Shown one piece after another: positions 40,041 to 50,835 of a stretch of DNA of 64,000 bases. Source of the DNA: Candidatus Hodarchaeum mangrovi (GTDB lineage Archaea; Asgardarchaeota; Heimdallarchaeia; Hodarchaeales; Hodarchaeaceae); contig JAEOUE010000197.1 of the NCBI GenBank assembly GCA_016839515.1, positions 12,766 through 76,765 of the forward strand. The letters are read 5' to 3'. The position numbers were made by a program, and so were the translations under genes. The notes beneath the pieces are model-generated. The model did no database searches and was not told the origin of the DNA. It was given only the letters and a program-made list of their open reading frames with translations. The stretch's first letter is position 1, and each line of letters opens with the position of its first letter.

Positions 40041-40664
40041 ATCTTCATTAGAGGTGTCATCCTCAAGATTTGCTTTTATACAATCCGAACATAATGTATA
40101 ACCATTAGTTACATTTAGAAATTCGGAATAATTACCACAATCATCACAAAAGCCTTTAAGTTTTGGGTATTCTAATTCATTTGTTGTATTTTCTATTAAA
40201 AGTTGTTCTAGTCTAATTCTCATAAGACCAGGTGCAAATTTTAAAATATCATTAGTTGACACTATTCCAAGTGGTTTGGATAAATCATTGTTTTCAACAA
40301 CAAGAATTCGTTCAATATTTCGTTTAGCCATATATAACATACAATTCTCCAATGTTTCATCAGATGAAACATAAGCAATTGGATGGGTCATCACATCTTC
40401 AACTAAAATTATGCCAGGATCAAGAGCACAGCCAACAACTCGATTTATAATATCACCTTTGGTAATAATTCCTAGGATCTGTTCATTTTTTATGACTACT
40501 GATCCTACATTATGTTCTTTCATTAGTTTAGCAGCTTCTGCAACGGGTTGATTTCTTGGCATTGAAATAATCCTAGATTCTTTTTTTAGTAAATGCTTAA
40601 TTATTACCTCATTTTCTCTTTGAATCACAGTATAAAGACACTCCTTGATTTCATGATAACTCAT
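40032..40664 (-). CDS. CBS-pair protein with C-terminal Zn ribbon
   Basis: Two CBS repeats; GFCDDCG...LCSDC. Confidence 0.88.
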   Translation of the reverse strand: MSYHEIKECLYTVIQRENEVIIKHLLKKESRIISMPRNQPVAEAAKLMKEHNVGSVVIKNEQILGIITKGDIINRVVGCALDPGIILVEDVMTHPIAYVSSDETLENCMLYMAKRNIERILVVENNDLSKPLGIVSTNDILKFAPGLMRIRLEQLLIENTTNELEYPKLKGFCDDCGNYSEFLNVTNGYTLCSDCIKANLEDDTSNEDLD

Positions 40665-41060
40665 CGTAAAAATATAATAGTTTTAATCCCAAAAAAAGGT
40701 TTGCATCTATTGTCAACATCTGGACTAATTTTGGTTATTTGATATAATACTATTGTAATACTTAAAATATTTGAATTATTAATGTTCACAATATAAAGAA
40801 AGACATAAAGAAGGTAAAAAGTTGAAAATTTAATCAAAGAAGGGTCAAAACTATGTGAAGTACCATTTAAATACTGTATTTTAAAATAAGATATTATTTT
40901 TATTCAAAAAATAAACGAAAATGTATTAAATTTATCATTTTTAATAATATGGTAAAAAAAATATCTTCATGAATGAAATGACCCATTAGATTATTAAAAA
41001 CTATTCTCATTTGCTATTATAACTTGATTGATATGATATTTAATTTTAAGATTTCATCAG

Positions 41061-44000
41061 TTAGAAAAGAGTTGTAGGACGTAATCCAATCTCAAATACC
41101 TGACGCTTATTTATTTCTAGTAATTTTATCCAAGAGTCTAAATATTGCGAAATACTTGAAGCATAATTTTCTTCTAGTTGCGTTATAATTTGTGTGTATC
41201 GCAATACCCAGCCTTCAGAAAGAGTTAACCCGATCTTTTCTTGTCCACAGGATGAACATTTACCTGATAGAGGGATACGTCGGAAGTTTCGGTTACATCT
41301 TAGACATCTAAAAGGTTGAGAGAAGAATTTTTCTAAAGAAGAGTTATATTTTTCTAAAAAATCGTTTTCTAATATTTTTTCAACAAACTCACTCTCTTGA
41401 GTACCCTGAATTTTTTTAAGGATTGAAAGACTTGATTGAATCTTTGAAATAAGTTTACTCTGTTTAAGCGGATTACTAATATTAAATCCTGAGATGTTGT
41501 CAATCTTATGAATTTTTGGATAAGAGTAATTTAAATTAGAAATTTTGTAGACCAGAAGATCTTTTTTGGTAGGATTACTTTTTAATTCTCTGAAAAATAG
41601 TAGATTCATAGGAATGGATTCACTCATTGCATAGAATGACAAATCTTCCCAAGAATCTGGCATATTCAAAACCATAGGGACATCCATTGTTCCCCCTCTA
41701 GTAGTGGGAATAAATTCTTCAGAAAAATTAATTAAAACATCAAGTAGAAGAGTAAACGAGTCTATGTCTCCATTACAGTTACGTCCCTTTAATTTATGCC
41801 AAACTGGATGTGCATAAAGAACATCAGTTGTGGTAGAACCAATAATTCGTCCGATCACTCCAACCTTAGAAAAAGGGGAAATTCCGACAATCAAAGAACC
41901 CATTAGATCTTGGAAGGATTTTAATCTGAAATAGGCTGGCAAATCGTAAAATTCAGTTAATTCATCATCAATAAATTTAGTTAGTTTTAAAAGAAATTTT
42001 TCAGATGACTTACTAATAATAACATCATATGGAAAGAGTTCTATTAATTGATTTTCATTTTCTAGCTGCTTTCCTTCAATATCATGGTCATAACCAAGAC
42101 GGATAAGATCTTCAATCGATGTTCCTACTTCCAGAGGTTTGAAACATAATAAGGGGGCATTTGTAGTATCAAACCGACTAGTTCCATCTTTATAGACATA
42201 TATATCATGTCTTGCTCTCAAAACACCTTTGTTGAGATTCTCTGGAATTTTATTTTTAGTATTAAGATAAGAAACCGCTTTAAATTTTTCTAAATTTGAA
42301 ATATCACTTTTATTTACCTTTAGCAGTTCCTCAAAGGCTACAGAATGTGGTTTAGAAGGAACACCATAATTTCCACATACAGGACAATTTTTTGTTTCAA
42401 AAGTATGGTTATTTCTGCACAAAAGTTTTTGAGTTGTTTCTTGATTACAGTCTGGGCAGTAAACATAATAAACTGTTTTTTGACAGGACGAACAGTATCG
42501 GTTCGAAAGGTTAAGAATTACTGCCTTTTCTTTTATTACTTTTAATAAATTTCTTTGAGACCCTCCTAAGGATCCGATGGGAAAAAGAACGTGAGATGGA
42601 GGATTTATATGACGAGGTTCAGCTTTTTCTACTCGAACTATCTGAGTACCAAGTCTACGTTTTGATTTTGATCTTATTGGTACTCCGATTAATTTAGATA
42701 CAATTTCCTCAGTCTCATCCTCAATGGAGAGATTATTTATTATTTGATCTAAATCAAGATTTTCATCTTTTAAACGAGTTAAAATGTGCTGAAAATTATC
42801 AAATTCAATCCTTTCATTACTAACAGAAAAAGGAACACCTAAAAAACTTAGAATCCTTTTCATTTCATCATTATTGGGAATTTTTGGTTCTTCATTCTTA
42901 ATAATATGGTCTAATAAAAGAATTAAATCACTAATAGCTATATTATTCCAATTAAAAGAAAATTTAGGGTGCAAAGGCACTTTTGTTAATTTAGATATCA
43001 AATAAACTTTTTCAGGATTCAATTTAAAGACTGATGGATTATCAAGACAACTTTTTAAAATATTGAAGTCAACAGATAAAGCTCGTGCTAAATTTTGAAT
43101 CGAACCAAATTTCCTTATTGAGGCATTAATCACCTCCATTGCCCACCATTCCTCGGTCCAGGAAGATATATCAAAAGCTTCCTGATCAGGAATATCATCA
43201 GGACAAAGTAATAATTCTCCTAATTCCCAGATTTGTATGATTCTATTTTCATATTCTTTAAATGTTTCAATATTGTCAATCCGTACTAAAGAGCCATCTT
43301 CAATTGTTACTAAAGGACCTGTTAAACTAGAAACAGGAAGTGTTATTAAATTTCGTTCTATTAAGTCAATTTTTATTGACGTTCCTGGCGAAATGATTTT
43401 TAAAAGCATCATTGTCGCTGGATTTACACCAACTGAACCAAATCCAGTATTACGTGTGCGTCCATACCTTAATTGAAACCCCCCTGGACCAGATGATTTT
43501 GATAACAATGGTTGAGTACCTCGAATTTCTCGATCACCAAAAACTAGTTTATTCTTTTTTACAAAATGAAAACTTCTATCTAACCAGTTCCATTCTGGAA
43601 TTTCAGCTAAAATTTTATATCGAGTAATCAGGTTTATATTATCCATAAAACGTTCTAATGCTACACACATTCCCATTCTTAATTGGTTTGATAGAGGTGG
43701 AAGATTTCTATATTTAACAACCTCAATTCTTTCATAGGATTCACCTGAGATTTCAATACCAATATTTTGGAGTATTAATTTCGCTAAATCCTTTTTCAAA
43801 TCAGGAATTCGATCACTTAGCTCATAATAAAGCTCTAATTCCTCAATATATCTTCCTATCATTTCAGGTGTAGCGTTAAATCGATTTAGATGCAAGATTC
43901 TGCGTAGGTAATCCGCAATTAGAACAACTAATCCTATTACTTCCCCAGGGACATAACGAATAGTATTGGAAAAAAAAATTGTCAAATGTGAAGTCTTTTC

Positions 44001-44381
44001 TGAAATAGCTATTTTTGGAATAGCCTCTTCGGGAACAGAAATCAATCCTTGACTTAAGATAACACATGCGCTTTGGAGTGCAATTAGAATTAGCTCCTCT
44101 CGAGGCAATTTTAAATAATAACCGTTTACTATCTGTTTGGCTATTTCTGCTGCAAGTAAAAGTGAGTTCTCATGGAAAACGATGTTTGATGGCAAATTTT
44201 CTTCTAAACCAGCAATATTTATGATTGAGGAAATTCTTAACTTTACAGAATATGTTATTATCGATTCTACGTTACATCTTGGGTCATATTTCCGATTTCG
44301 TGCTTGTTGTGCTAAAGAAAATTGATTGTTCAATGATTTTTTTATCTGTGTAACATAATTGGTGAATTCTGGAAAAATCAT
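41061..44381 (-). CDS. polC: DNA polymerase D large subunit (DP2) homolog, divergent and possibly inactive
   Basis: GGFQLRYGRTRNTG, W.EEWW, VPLHP, HVLFPIG..GG.QR, KGVLRA.H...YKDGT.RFD, RGG.MD.P and the C-terminal FRC..C...RR.PL.GKC are retained, but the catalytic motif reads GRNCNGDID. Confidence 0.9.
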   Translation of the reverse strand: MIFPEFTNYVTQIKKSLNNQFSLAQQARNRKYDPRCNVESIITYSVKLRISSIINIAGLEENLPSNIVFHENSLLLAAEIAKQIVNGYYLKLPREELILIALQSACVILSQGLISVPEEAIPKIAISEKTSHLTIFFSNTIRYVPGEVIGLVVLIADYLRRILHLNRFNATPEMIGRYIEELELYYELSDRIPDLKKDLAKLILQNIGIEISGESYERIEVVKYRNLPPLSNQLRMGMCVALERFMDNINLITRYKILAEIPEWNWLDRSFHFVKKNKLVFGDREIRGTQPLLSKSSGPGGFQLRYGRTRNTGFGSVGVNPATMMLLKIISPGTSIKIDLIERNLITLPVSSLTGPLVTIEDGSLVRIDNIETFKEYENRIIQIWELGELLLCPDDIPDQEAFDISSWTEEWWAMEVINASIRKFGSIQNLARALSVDFNILKSCLDNPSVFKLNPEKVYLISKLTKVPLHPKFSFNWNNIAISDLILLLDHIIKNEEPKIPNNDEMKRILSFLGVPFSVSNERIEFDNFQHILTRLKDENLDLDQIINNLSIEDETEEIVSKLIGVPIRSKSKRRLGTQIVRVEKAEPRHINPPSHVLFPIGSLGGSQRNLLKVIKEKAVILNLSNRYCSSCQKTVYYVYCPDCNQETTQKLLCRNNHTFETKNCPVCGNYGVPSKPHSVAFEELLKVNKSDISNLEKFKAVSYLNTKNKIPENLNKGVLRARHDIYVYKDGTSRFDTTNAPLLCFKPLEVGTSIEDLIRLGYDHDIEGKQLENENQLIELFPYDVIISKSSEKFLLKLTKFIDDELTEFYDLPAYFRLKSFQDLMGSLIVGISPFSKVGVIGRIIGSTTTDVLYAHPVWHKLKGRNCNGDIDSFTLLLDVLINFSEEFIPTTRGGTMDVPMVLNMPDSWEDLSFYAMSESIPMNLLFFRELKSNPTKKDLLVYKISNLNYSYPKIHKIDNISGFNISNPLKQSKLISKIQSSLSILKKIQGTQESEFVEKILENDFLEKYNSSLEKFFSQPFRCLRCNRNFRRIPLSGKCSSCGQEKIGLTLSEGWVLRYTQIITQLEENYASSISQYLDSWIKLLEINKRQVFEIGLRPTTLF

Positions 44382-45085
44382 GAAAGAATCCTAATCCCAT
44401 TAGGTAAAGTTACGTTAAGTATACCAATATTATTTATTGAAGTAAGTTTATCGAAATAGAACACTCCAGTTTGGTTTAAATATGGATTGGGTATCAATGG
44501 TATAGTTCCATTTAAAATAAAGATACTATAGGGATTTGTTGGCTGAAAAGATTCTCTTCGTTTACTAAAAATAAAGATCTGATTATCAAATACTTCAACA
44601 CGAGCATGGAATACTAAATTAAATATCTCTTCTATAGTTAGGGAAGTCGTCAAGCTTGTTAATTTTAATTTAAAGTTTGCTGAAACTTCACTAGAATAAA
44701 TATTTCCATTGGTCACATTTGTATATGGTGGTTGTTTTGCATTCATTTGAAAAGTTTCTTCAATAAATGAGAATTCCGCTAGTATACCTCTGGTTATTGC
44801 CAAATATTCTAAATTTTTCAAAAAATCTTTAATAGACAGTTTAGCATTTTCTTGAGACATTCCTGAGTTATTTTGCGTGTATTTGGATAAAATATATTCT
44901 AAAAAGTTTTGAATTTCCCTTTTAGAGTCGAAATATGGTTCTGAGAGAGATTCTCTATTAAATTCAAGTTGATTTACTTGTATGTTCATTAAAGCTGCAG
45001 CCATTGAAACAATATAAATCGCTATAAGCATTGTTGCTAAAATAAACATTTGCCCCTGTCTTGATTTATTAAATAACTTCTGCAT
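44378..45085 (-). CDS. Pilin-like protein with class III signal peptide
   Basis: KSRQG|QMFILATMLIAIYIV. Confidence 0.8.
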   Translation of the reverse strand: MQKLFNKSRQGQMFILATMLIAIYIVSMAAALMNIQVNQLEFNRESLSEPYFDSKREIQNFLEYILSKYTQNNSGMSQENAKLSIKDFLKNLEYLAITRGILAEFSFIEETFQMNAKQPPYTNVTNGNIYSSEVSANFKLKLTSLTTSLTIEEIFNLVFHARVEVFDNQIFIFSKRRESFQPTNPYSIFILNGTIPLIPNPYLNQTGVFYFDKLTSINNIGILNVTLPNGIRILS

Positions 45086-45607
45086 CTATATTTTCTCCCA
45101 TAAATAAAGTTTAACTAAATAGCCATTCTGAAATTGACCATATTCTGCAGATGTGTATGATCCAAGATGATAATTAATAATTACTCCCTCTCCTCCAGTT
45201 TGAAGTGCTGCAATATCTGCAGCTGAGCCTAAAATCGTGTTATATGAATCAGAAGGCACTCCATTGACTAAATCATGAGCAATAAGTATAAAACCATAAT
45301 TATCACTCAAAATAGAAGTAATATAGGCATCTAGAAGACTAAGAAAATAGGTTGCTTCATCTGAATAAATAGGATTGAATTTAAGATAAATAGAAGGTCT
45401 AAGATAGCCTGCTTCGTCAGCTGTGCTTAAAATGTCATAGCCAGTTCGATCTAGAAATTTATATGATTGAGGAGGATTTAAGCTTTGGTCCGCAGCATTA
45501 ATAAGCAATAGAGCGAGAACTAACATTAAAGAAACAGCTACCAATGTTTCAGCAATTTGTAACTGACCACGCTGTCTCCTTTTTTTTAAATATTTCATTT
45601 TACTCAC
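45086..45607 (-). CDS. Pilin-like protein with class III signal peptide
   Basis: KKRRQRG|QLQIAETLVAVSLMLV. Confidence 0.82.
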   Translation of the reverse strand: MSKMKYLKKRRQRGQLQIAETLVAVSLMLVLALLLINAADQSLNPPQSYKFLDRTGYDILSTADEAGYLRPSIYLKFNPIYSDEATYFLSLLDAYITSILSDNYGFILIAHDLVNGVPSDSYNTILGSAADIAALQTGGEGVIINYHLGSYTSAEYGQFQNGYLVKLYLWEKI

Positions 45608-46772
45608 TCCAAAGAGTTATTTGACATCGCATTAATAAACCACGGACAATCACAGGATAAGTTTTACTCAATAAAGCTTTGATTCTAATATTATCACTTA
45701 TATGACCCAAAGTATTATAATACTGTCCTTGTTCCTCTGTTTTATCCAAAATAGCTGGATAAGTTCCAATACCAACTCTATAATAATCCGTATATTGTGA
45801 AATACTAAGAAGTATGACAAGGCCAGTTTCTGGTAGTAATATTGTTTCATTTCCATCCCAAGATATAGACCCTAAATCTAGAAAATGTGATGAATATGAA
45901 TGTAATGTATCTTTGTAGATTATCGAAATGAAATGATTAACAGGTGTATCTGTTGTAGGTAAAGTATCGCTTACAAGCAAAGCTGAAGAATTAATGCCAC
46001 CTCCCCAAATAGTCGTACTTGAAGAAGATCCGATAAAAGCTTGAGGAAAAACAGAGTCTATGCTTCCCCAATTTACACCCCAAAGAACACCTGTCTCGGC
46101 TACTACCAAGATGACATGTTGTCCATCTGGATCATTAAAATGCGGAATCTCATACGTATAAGAACTCCCTCCAGTAGAATTCGTGAGTAGATCCTCTCCG
46201 TATAGCAATTGTGCATCTTTTAAGTTAACAACTATTACTTTAGAATTAGCTTTAGGGATTGGAGTATTGTAAGGATTTGTAACAACAAATTCTACTCTAT
46301 TATGGGTTTGATTTACACTGATTAGAGTAAGAGATATCTTTAGGCTTTGTTGAAGGGAGATTTGAAATTCTCTCTTTCCAGATAATTTTATAACATCTTT
46401 CAAAGTTTCATAATCATAATTATTCATTCCAGAGATAGTAGAAATTCCCGTTCCACTAATAAGACGAGCAATTTTGGCAGCATCCAGAGCAAAATATCCA
46501 TAATAATGACTAGTGGCTAAACCGAAATTATTAGGTAAATTTTTTAGATATCCCCAATCATCTGTTCCTGATTCCTGTAATATCATACGGCTAAAATTGT
46601 CGAGATCATCATATGAGATTGTCCCTACATCAGTACGATTAATATTAGATTGAATGTTAATTATAATAAGGAGTAATTGTGAAAGCATTAACAAGAAAAG
46701 GAAAAGACTGATGACAAAGTCCACAGCTCTCATTTGTCCTTTTCGTTTTTTGTTTAAAAGTTGAAATATCAT
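45600..46772 (-). CDS. Large pilin/adhesin-like protein with class III signal peptide
   Basis: KKRKG|QMRAVDFVISLFLFLL; G..DWG and FGLA motifs, Ig-like insert. Confidence 0.82.
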   Translation of the reverse strand: MIFQLLNKKRKGQMRAVDFVISLFLFLLMLSQLLLIIINIQSNINRTDVGTISYDDLDNFSRMILQESGTDDWGYLKNLPNNFGLATSHYYGYFALDAAKIARLISGTGISTISGMNNYDYETLKDVIKLSGKREFQISLQQSLKISLTLISVNQTHNRVEFVVTNPYNTPIPKANSKVIVVNLKDAQLLYGEDLLTNSTGGSSYTYEIPHFNDPDGQHVILVVAETGVLWGVNWGSIDSVFPQAFIGSSSSTTIWGGGINSSALLVSDTLPTTDTPVNHFISIIYKDTLHSYSSHFLDLGSISWDGNETILLPETGLVILLSISQYTDYYRVGIGTYPAILDKTEEQGQYYNTLGHISDNIRIKALLSKTYPVIVRGLLMRCQITLWSE

Positions 46773-46814
46773 TTATGCTTCCCATCATATTGTGATAATT
46801 TGTTAATTAACATC

Positions 46815-47261
46815 CTAAGAAATATCATCGGTTGATCCAACATTAGAAACTTCTAGCTGAATTACAATTTCCTCCAATTTATCCTTTAATTCAAGTAAGG
46901 TGGTTTCTAATTCAGTTAGCTGTAATCCTTTCTCTAAAAGAGTTGTTGCTTGAGCAATTAACTCATCTGCTTTTTCAGCTTTCTCTGATCTTATATTTGA
47001 AGTGATCTCTGATAGTGTATTCACTTTTAAAGTTAATTCAGAGATATTTTTTTCCATAATTCCTAATCTTCCTTCAATTGGTGCAAAATCGACTTCTACA
47101 GGGCCAACTGCAACATTAGGAGCTGAAGAAGAGATTGGTTTTGGTAATGAACCCCCTGAACCCATGCCTTGGACAAGTAGAAATTCCATATTAGTAAGTT
47201 TGTCTTCCAAACTAGATATTTTTTCTAATATTTCTGTTAATACCTTTTCATCTTTACCCAT
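46815..47261 (-). CDS. Cytoplasmic coiled-coil protein within the pilus operon
   Basis: Heptad-rich with a G/S/P linker and no TM segment. Confidence 0.7.
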   Translation of the reverse strand: MGKDEKVLTEILEKISSLEDKLTNMEFLLVQGMGSGGSLPKPISSSAPNVAVGPVEVDFAPIEGRLGIMEKNISELTLKVNTLSEITSNIRSEKAEKADELIAQATTLLEKGLQLTELETTLLELKDKLEEIVIQLEVSNVGSTDDIS

Positions 47262-47277
47262 TATATCACCATTTATC

Positions 47278-48234
47278 CTAGAAAAGCAGAACAGTTATTT
47301 TAAAGAAAGCATAGGAGATAATCAATAGAATACATGAATGTCTCAAGCCTATTTTAGCATCTCCTTCACCCATTTTTCCTGAAATTAATCCAGCAAATAT
47401 TGCTTCAATAATCATAAGGTGGAAAAAGAGTAATTGAAGTCCTGCAACATTCGATGGGAGTTTTGCAGTTGCTACTTGTCCAGCTGAAACAGCATCAACT
47501 ATTTGAACTGCAAGGGTTTGGAAGAAGGAATAAAGTAAGATAATCATTACAATCGCAAATACAATGAAAGAGGCATATATTATCCAAGTATAAGGTTTCA
47601 TTGCTGAAAGTCTTTCCCGTTTTAAACCTAAAATCTCAGAAACATGGTTATGTGCAGATTCAAATACATCTTCAATGGCTCCACCTGATCGTTCAGCCTC
47701 TAAAATCAACAGCGAGGTTCGCTTCATTAAAGGAGTGTCTGCAGTTTCAGTTAAACTTCGAAGAGCTTTGCTAAAAGGTATTCCCCAACTTATTTTAGCG
47801 GCCATTTTTTTTAATTCTGGTGTAAGAGCTCCATATTGATGCTTTGAGGATTCCATTATTGCTCTAGGTAATGGTAAACCTGTTTTTTGAGCATCAGAAA
47901 TCTCTCTAAGAAGAGAAGGAATGTGGTCATCAATATTATCCCGCCATTTTTGATTCGAATGATAAGCTAGAGCAGGTATTAAAAGGAGAGCTAGAGCTAG
48001 TAATACTGTAATATCTAAAACATCAAAAAACTTGAAGATAGGATCTAAAGAGACCTCACGTATAGTGAATAAGTAAGGATCATTTTCAATAGGAGGATAA
48101 ACAGGTTCTGTTCTTTCAACAATATGCTGAATAACTGGACTATAGAAAAATAATGAAATCACTAATGTAACAAGAAACAAAAATATTGAGAGTATCCAAA
48201 TCCTTTGTTCACCTTTTGTAGTAAGTTTTCCCAT
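47278..48234 (-). CDS. Type IV pilus membrane platform protein (TadC/PilC-like)
   Basis: IP.LLREISDAQKTG, YGALTPEL, AERSGG, GLISGKMGEG....GL.H. Confidence 0.92.
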   Translation of the reverse strand: MGKLTTKGEQRIWILSIFLFLVTLVISLFFYSPVIQHIVERTEPVYPPIENDPYLFTIREVSLDPIFKFFDVLDITVLLALALLLIPALAYHSNQKWRDNIDDHIPSLLREISDAQKTGLPLPRAIMESSKHQYGALTPELKKMAAKISWGIPFSKALRSLTETADTPLMKRTSLLILEAERSGGAIEDVFESAHNHVSEILGLKRERLSAMKPYTWIIYASFIVFAIVMIILLYSFFQTLAVQIVDAVSAGQVATAKLPSNVAGLQLLFFHLMIIEAIFAGLISGKMGEGDAKIGLRHSCILLIISYAFFKITVLLF

Positions 48235-48250
48235 TCTTTCTTGCCTCCAT

Positions 48251-49174
48251 TTAAATTTCTCGTGATATTGTTGAAATTAGTAAAAGCATCACTGTTAATA
48301 GGATTGGCATCAAAAAATAGGTAAGTAGAACCATAATTATTCCACCTACAGTTGCATCCTTAGTGATAACAGCTAAAATAGCAATAATAACAACAAAGAA
48401 AAGAGGTGAAACTACTCCGATGATCATAAAAATTTCTGATAAAACCCCTAATTGTTCAATAAACTCTTTTGTTTCTTCTTCTTTAAGTTTCATTAGCGCT
48501 TTACTCTCAGCTGTTAAGAAAAAAGTTAAATCACCACCGCTAGTCACTGTTGCAGACATACCATCAAGAAATTTGGAGAATCTTTCTGAAGGAGACCGTT
48601 CGCTCGCAGTTCTAAGTGCTTTTAAAATATCATAACCAAAAATTTCAATATCACGTGTTATACGTTTACTCTCCTTGGAAATTTCAGGAGCGACTGATTC
48701 TTCACCTGCAAGTGAGTAGAATAATCTATCTGGGGGAACTCCAGAACTTGACATAGCAGACAGATAAGAAGCGGTTGATGGTAAACCAGCTTCAATAAGA
48801 ATTTTACGATCAGCAGCCTTCATTTGAGGCCAATATATGAATGGAATATAGGTTATTATGGCAAAAAATATTCCTAGTATTATGCCTATAATAATACTCA
48901 ATAATAATTGTCCATTGGCGTTGATTTGAGGAGTTAATGATTGAACAAGTATTAATACTAATCCTGTACTAAAAAATAAGACTAATAATCCAACAATAAT
49001 TGAACTGAGTATTGCACTTCCAAGATATGCACGAACAGAAATGTCTATTCCTGCTTTTTTTAAACTTCGACCTAATCGCTTAAACTTTCCCCCTTCAATC
49101 CATGGTTCTAGATACCTCCCAAAACGGAGATAACCAACTCGCCTTATAAACTTACTCAAAGTAAAACGCTCCAC
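48251..49174 (-). CDS. Type IV pilus membrane platform protein (TadB/PilC-like)
   Basis: LKKAGI, LP...SYL.AMSSSG, FGYDIL.AL, SPS..F..FL, SGGDL..FL. Confidence 0.92.
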   Translation of the reverse strand: MERFTLSKFIRRVGYLRFGRYLEPWIEGGKFKRLGRSLKKAGIDISVRAYLGSAILSSIIVGLLVLFFSTGLVLILVQSLTPQINANGQLLLSIIIGIILGIFFAIITYIPFIYWPQMKAADRKILIEAGLPSTASYLSAMSSSGVPPDRLFYSLAGEESVAPEISKESKRITRDIEIFGYDILKALRTASERSPSERFSKFLDGMSATVTSGGDLTFFLTAESKALMKLKEEETKEFIEQLGVLSEIFMIIGVVSPLFFVVIIAILAVITKDATVGGIIMVLLTYFLMPILLTVMLLLISTISREI

Positions 49175-49182
49175 AACGATTT

Positions 49183-50691
49183 TTAGACAGCTTTTAGTTC
49201 TCTTTTTGCTCGATCTACAGTTTCTAAAGGATTTTGATAATAATTGTTAATAACTTCAGCAACTTGTGTGTAATGGGCCAATTTTTTCTTTACTTGCCAT
49301 CTTAAAATGGTTTTTCGCCTCTCAATTTCTTCATAAACTTGGGAATCTGTCAATCCTTGGCCTTCTTGTATTCCTTCAAGAATATAAGACCTTCCATAAT
49401 TGATAAAGGCGTCTTCGCGTGCATTCCAACCAAAAACTTTATTTGTTATTAACTCTGTGGTTACCGGATCAATTCCCACGATTTCTGTCGCCTCAATAAC
49501 CCTTCTTACTTGCTTATCCCCACGTCGAACCTTTCGAAGGACAATAAGCAGATTTAGAGTTTGAATTAATGTTCGAGGAATATTCATGGGTTCATTTTCA
49601 AGTCGACGTATAGTTCCTGTAACACTATCTCCGTGTATTGTACCCATTCCTGTATGTCCTGTTGCCATGGCTTGGAAAAGGTTATAAGCTTCCGAACCAC
49701 GAACTTCACCAACAAATAAATAATCAGGCCTTTGTCGCAATGCAGCACGAAGTAGATCATACATTGATACTTCCCCACGTCTAGATCCATCTATTTCTCG
49801 TCCACCATATCCTTCTCGAGCCACGGCTGGAATCCAATTTTCATGTGGTAAATGAAGTTCTGCAGTATCTTCAATAGATACTATTTTCATTCCTGGTCGA
49901 ATAAACATTGCTAAACTATTAAGAAGTGAAGTTTTACCTGCAGCTGTACCTCCAGCGATAACTACTGAATTTCTATTCTCTAAAGCATACCAAAGAAACG
50001 CTGCAAGATCTTCATCAATTGTATTGAATGTTATCATATCAGTTATGGTTAGTGGATCAGAACGAAATTTTCTGATTGTAAAAGTACTACCCCTTTGAGT
50101 AACTTCTCTACCATATGTTAACTGCAGACGACTCCCATCAGCAAGAGCTGCATCTAATAAAGGTCGTGCAACACTAATATGACGTCCTGAACGCTGAGCA
50201 AGCTTAATAATAAAGGCATCCAGATCATCTTCGTTATCAAATTTTATATTAGTTTGAATACTTTCAAATTTTCGGTGCCAGATATAAACAGGAATTCCAA
50301 CCCCATCACACGAAATGTCTTCAACATTATGGTCCTTTAGCATTGCATCTATAGGTCCAAATCCCACAAAATCTCGTGTTATATGATAATTGATTTTGTC
50401 AAATGTTTTCTCATCTAATTTTAAACCGTAATTTTTAGCAATACCGATGACTTTCTGTCTTAAGTAATCTCGAGCAACCTCAGGGTTTTTAAGAACATTA
50501 AAGTCGACATCTAATTCTTCTTCTAATGTACTCTTGATCATATCCAAAATTTCTTTCTCTTTAGCACTAAGAGGAACTTCAACGACGGTATATTTAGTTT
50601 GTTTTGATTCTGGGTCAGTTGCAACTAGTGCGTAACTAAATGGGGGGATTAAAGGATATGTTTCACGAATTAAACTACTCGATTCGGACAT
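49183..50691 (-). CDS. Type IV pilus assembly ATPase (archaeal PilB/FlaI/VirB11 family)
   Basis: VEDISCDG, FTIRKF, GGTAAGKTS, SIEDTAE, ALRQRPD...VGEVRG.EA, AMATGH. Confidence 0.96.
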   Translation of the reverse strand: MSESSSLIRETYPLIPPFSYALVATDPESKQTKYTVVEVPLSAKEKEILDMIKSTLEEELDVDFNVLKNPEVARDYLRQKVIGIAKNYGLKLDEKTFDKINYHITRDFVGFGPIDAMLKDHNVEDISCDGVGIPVYIWHRKFESIQTNIKFDNEDDLDAFIIKLAQRSGRHISVARPLLDAALADGSRLQLTYGREVTQRGSTFTIRKFRSDPLTITDMITFNTIDEDLAAFLWYALENRNSVVIAGGTAAGKTSLLNSLAMFIRPGMKIVSIEDTAELHLPHENWIPAVAREGYGGREIDGSRRGEVSMYDLLRAALRQRPDYLFVGEVRGSEAYNLFQAMATGHTGMGTIHGDSVTGTIRRLENEPMNIPRTLIQTLNLLIVLRKVRRGDKQVRRVIEATEIVGIDPVTTELITNKVFGWNAREDAFINYGRSYILEGIQEGQGLTDSQVYEEIERRKTILRWQVKKKLAHYTQVAEVINNYYQNPLETVDRAKRELKAV

Positions 50692-50835
50692 TTATTCCTA
50701 ACCTTCTATTTATTAATTAATTAATGGAGTTAAAAATTTCTCATTAGGTTAACAATTTTATTTAGATTTTAATTTAATTATTTATGTATTTGATTTTTTA
50801 GATGTGATTATTAGGATTATGTAATATCTCAAATA

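Noticed and set aside
41061-44381. DP2 as a pseudogene or intein carrier
   Set aside because: The 1106-aa frame is uninterrupted with intact Zn fingers, and no intein-sized insertion or splice motif was seen.
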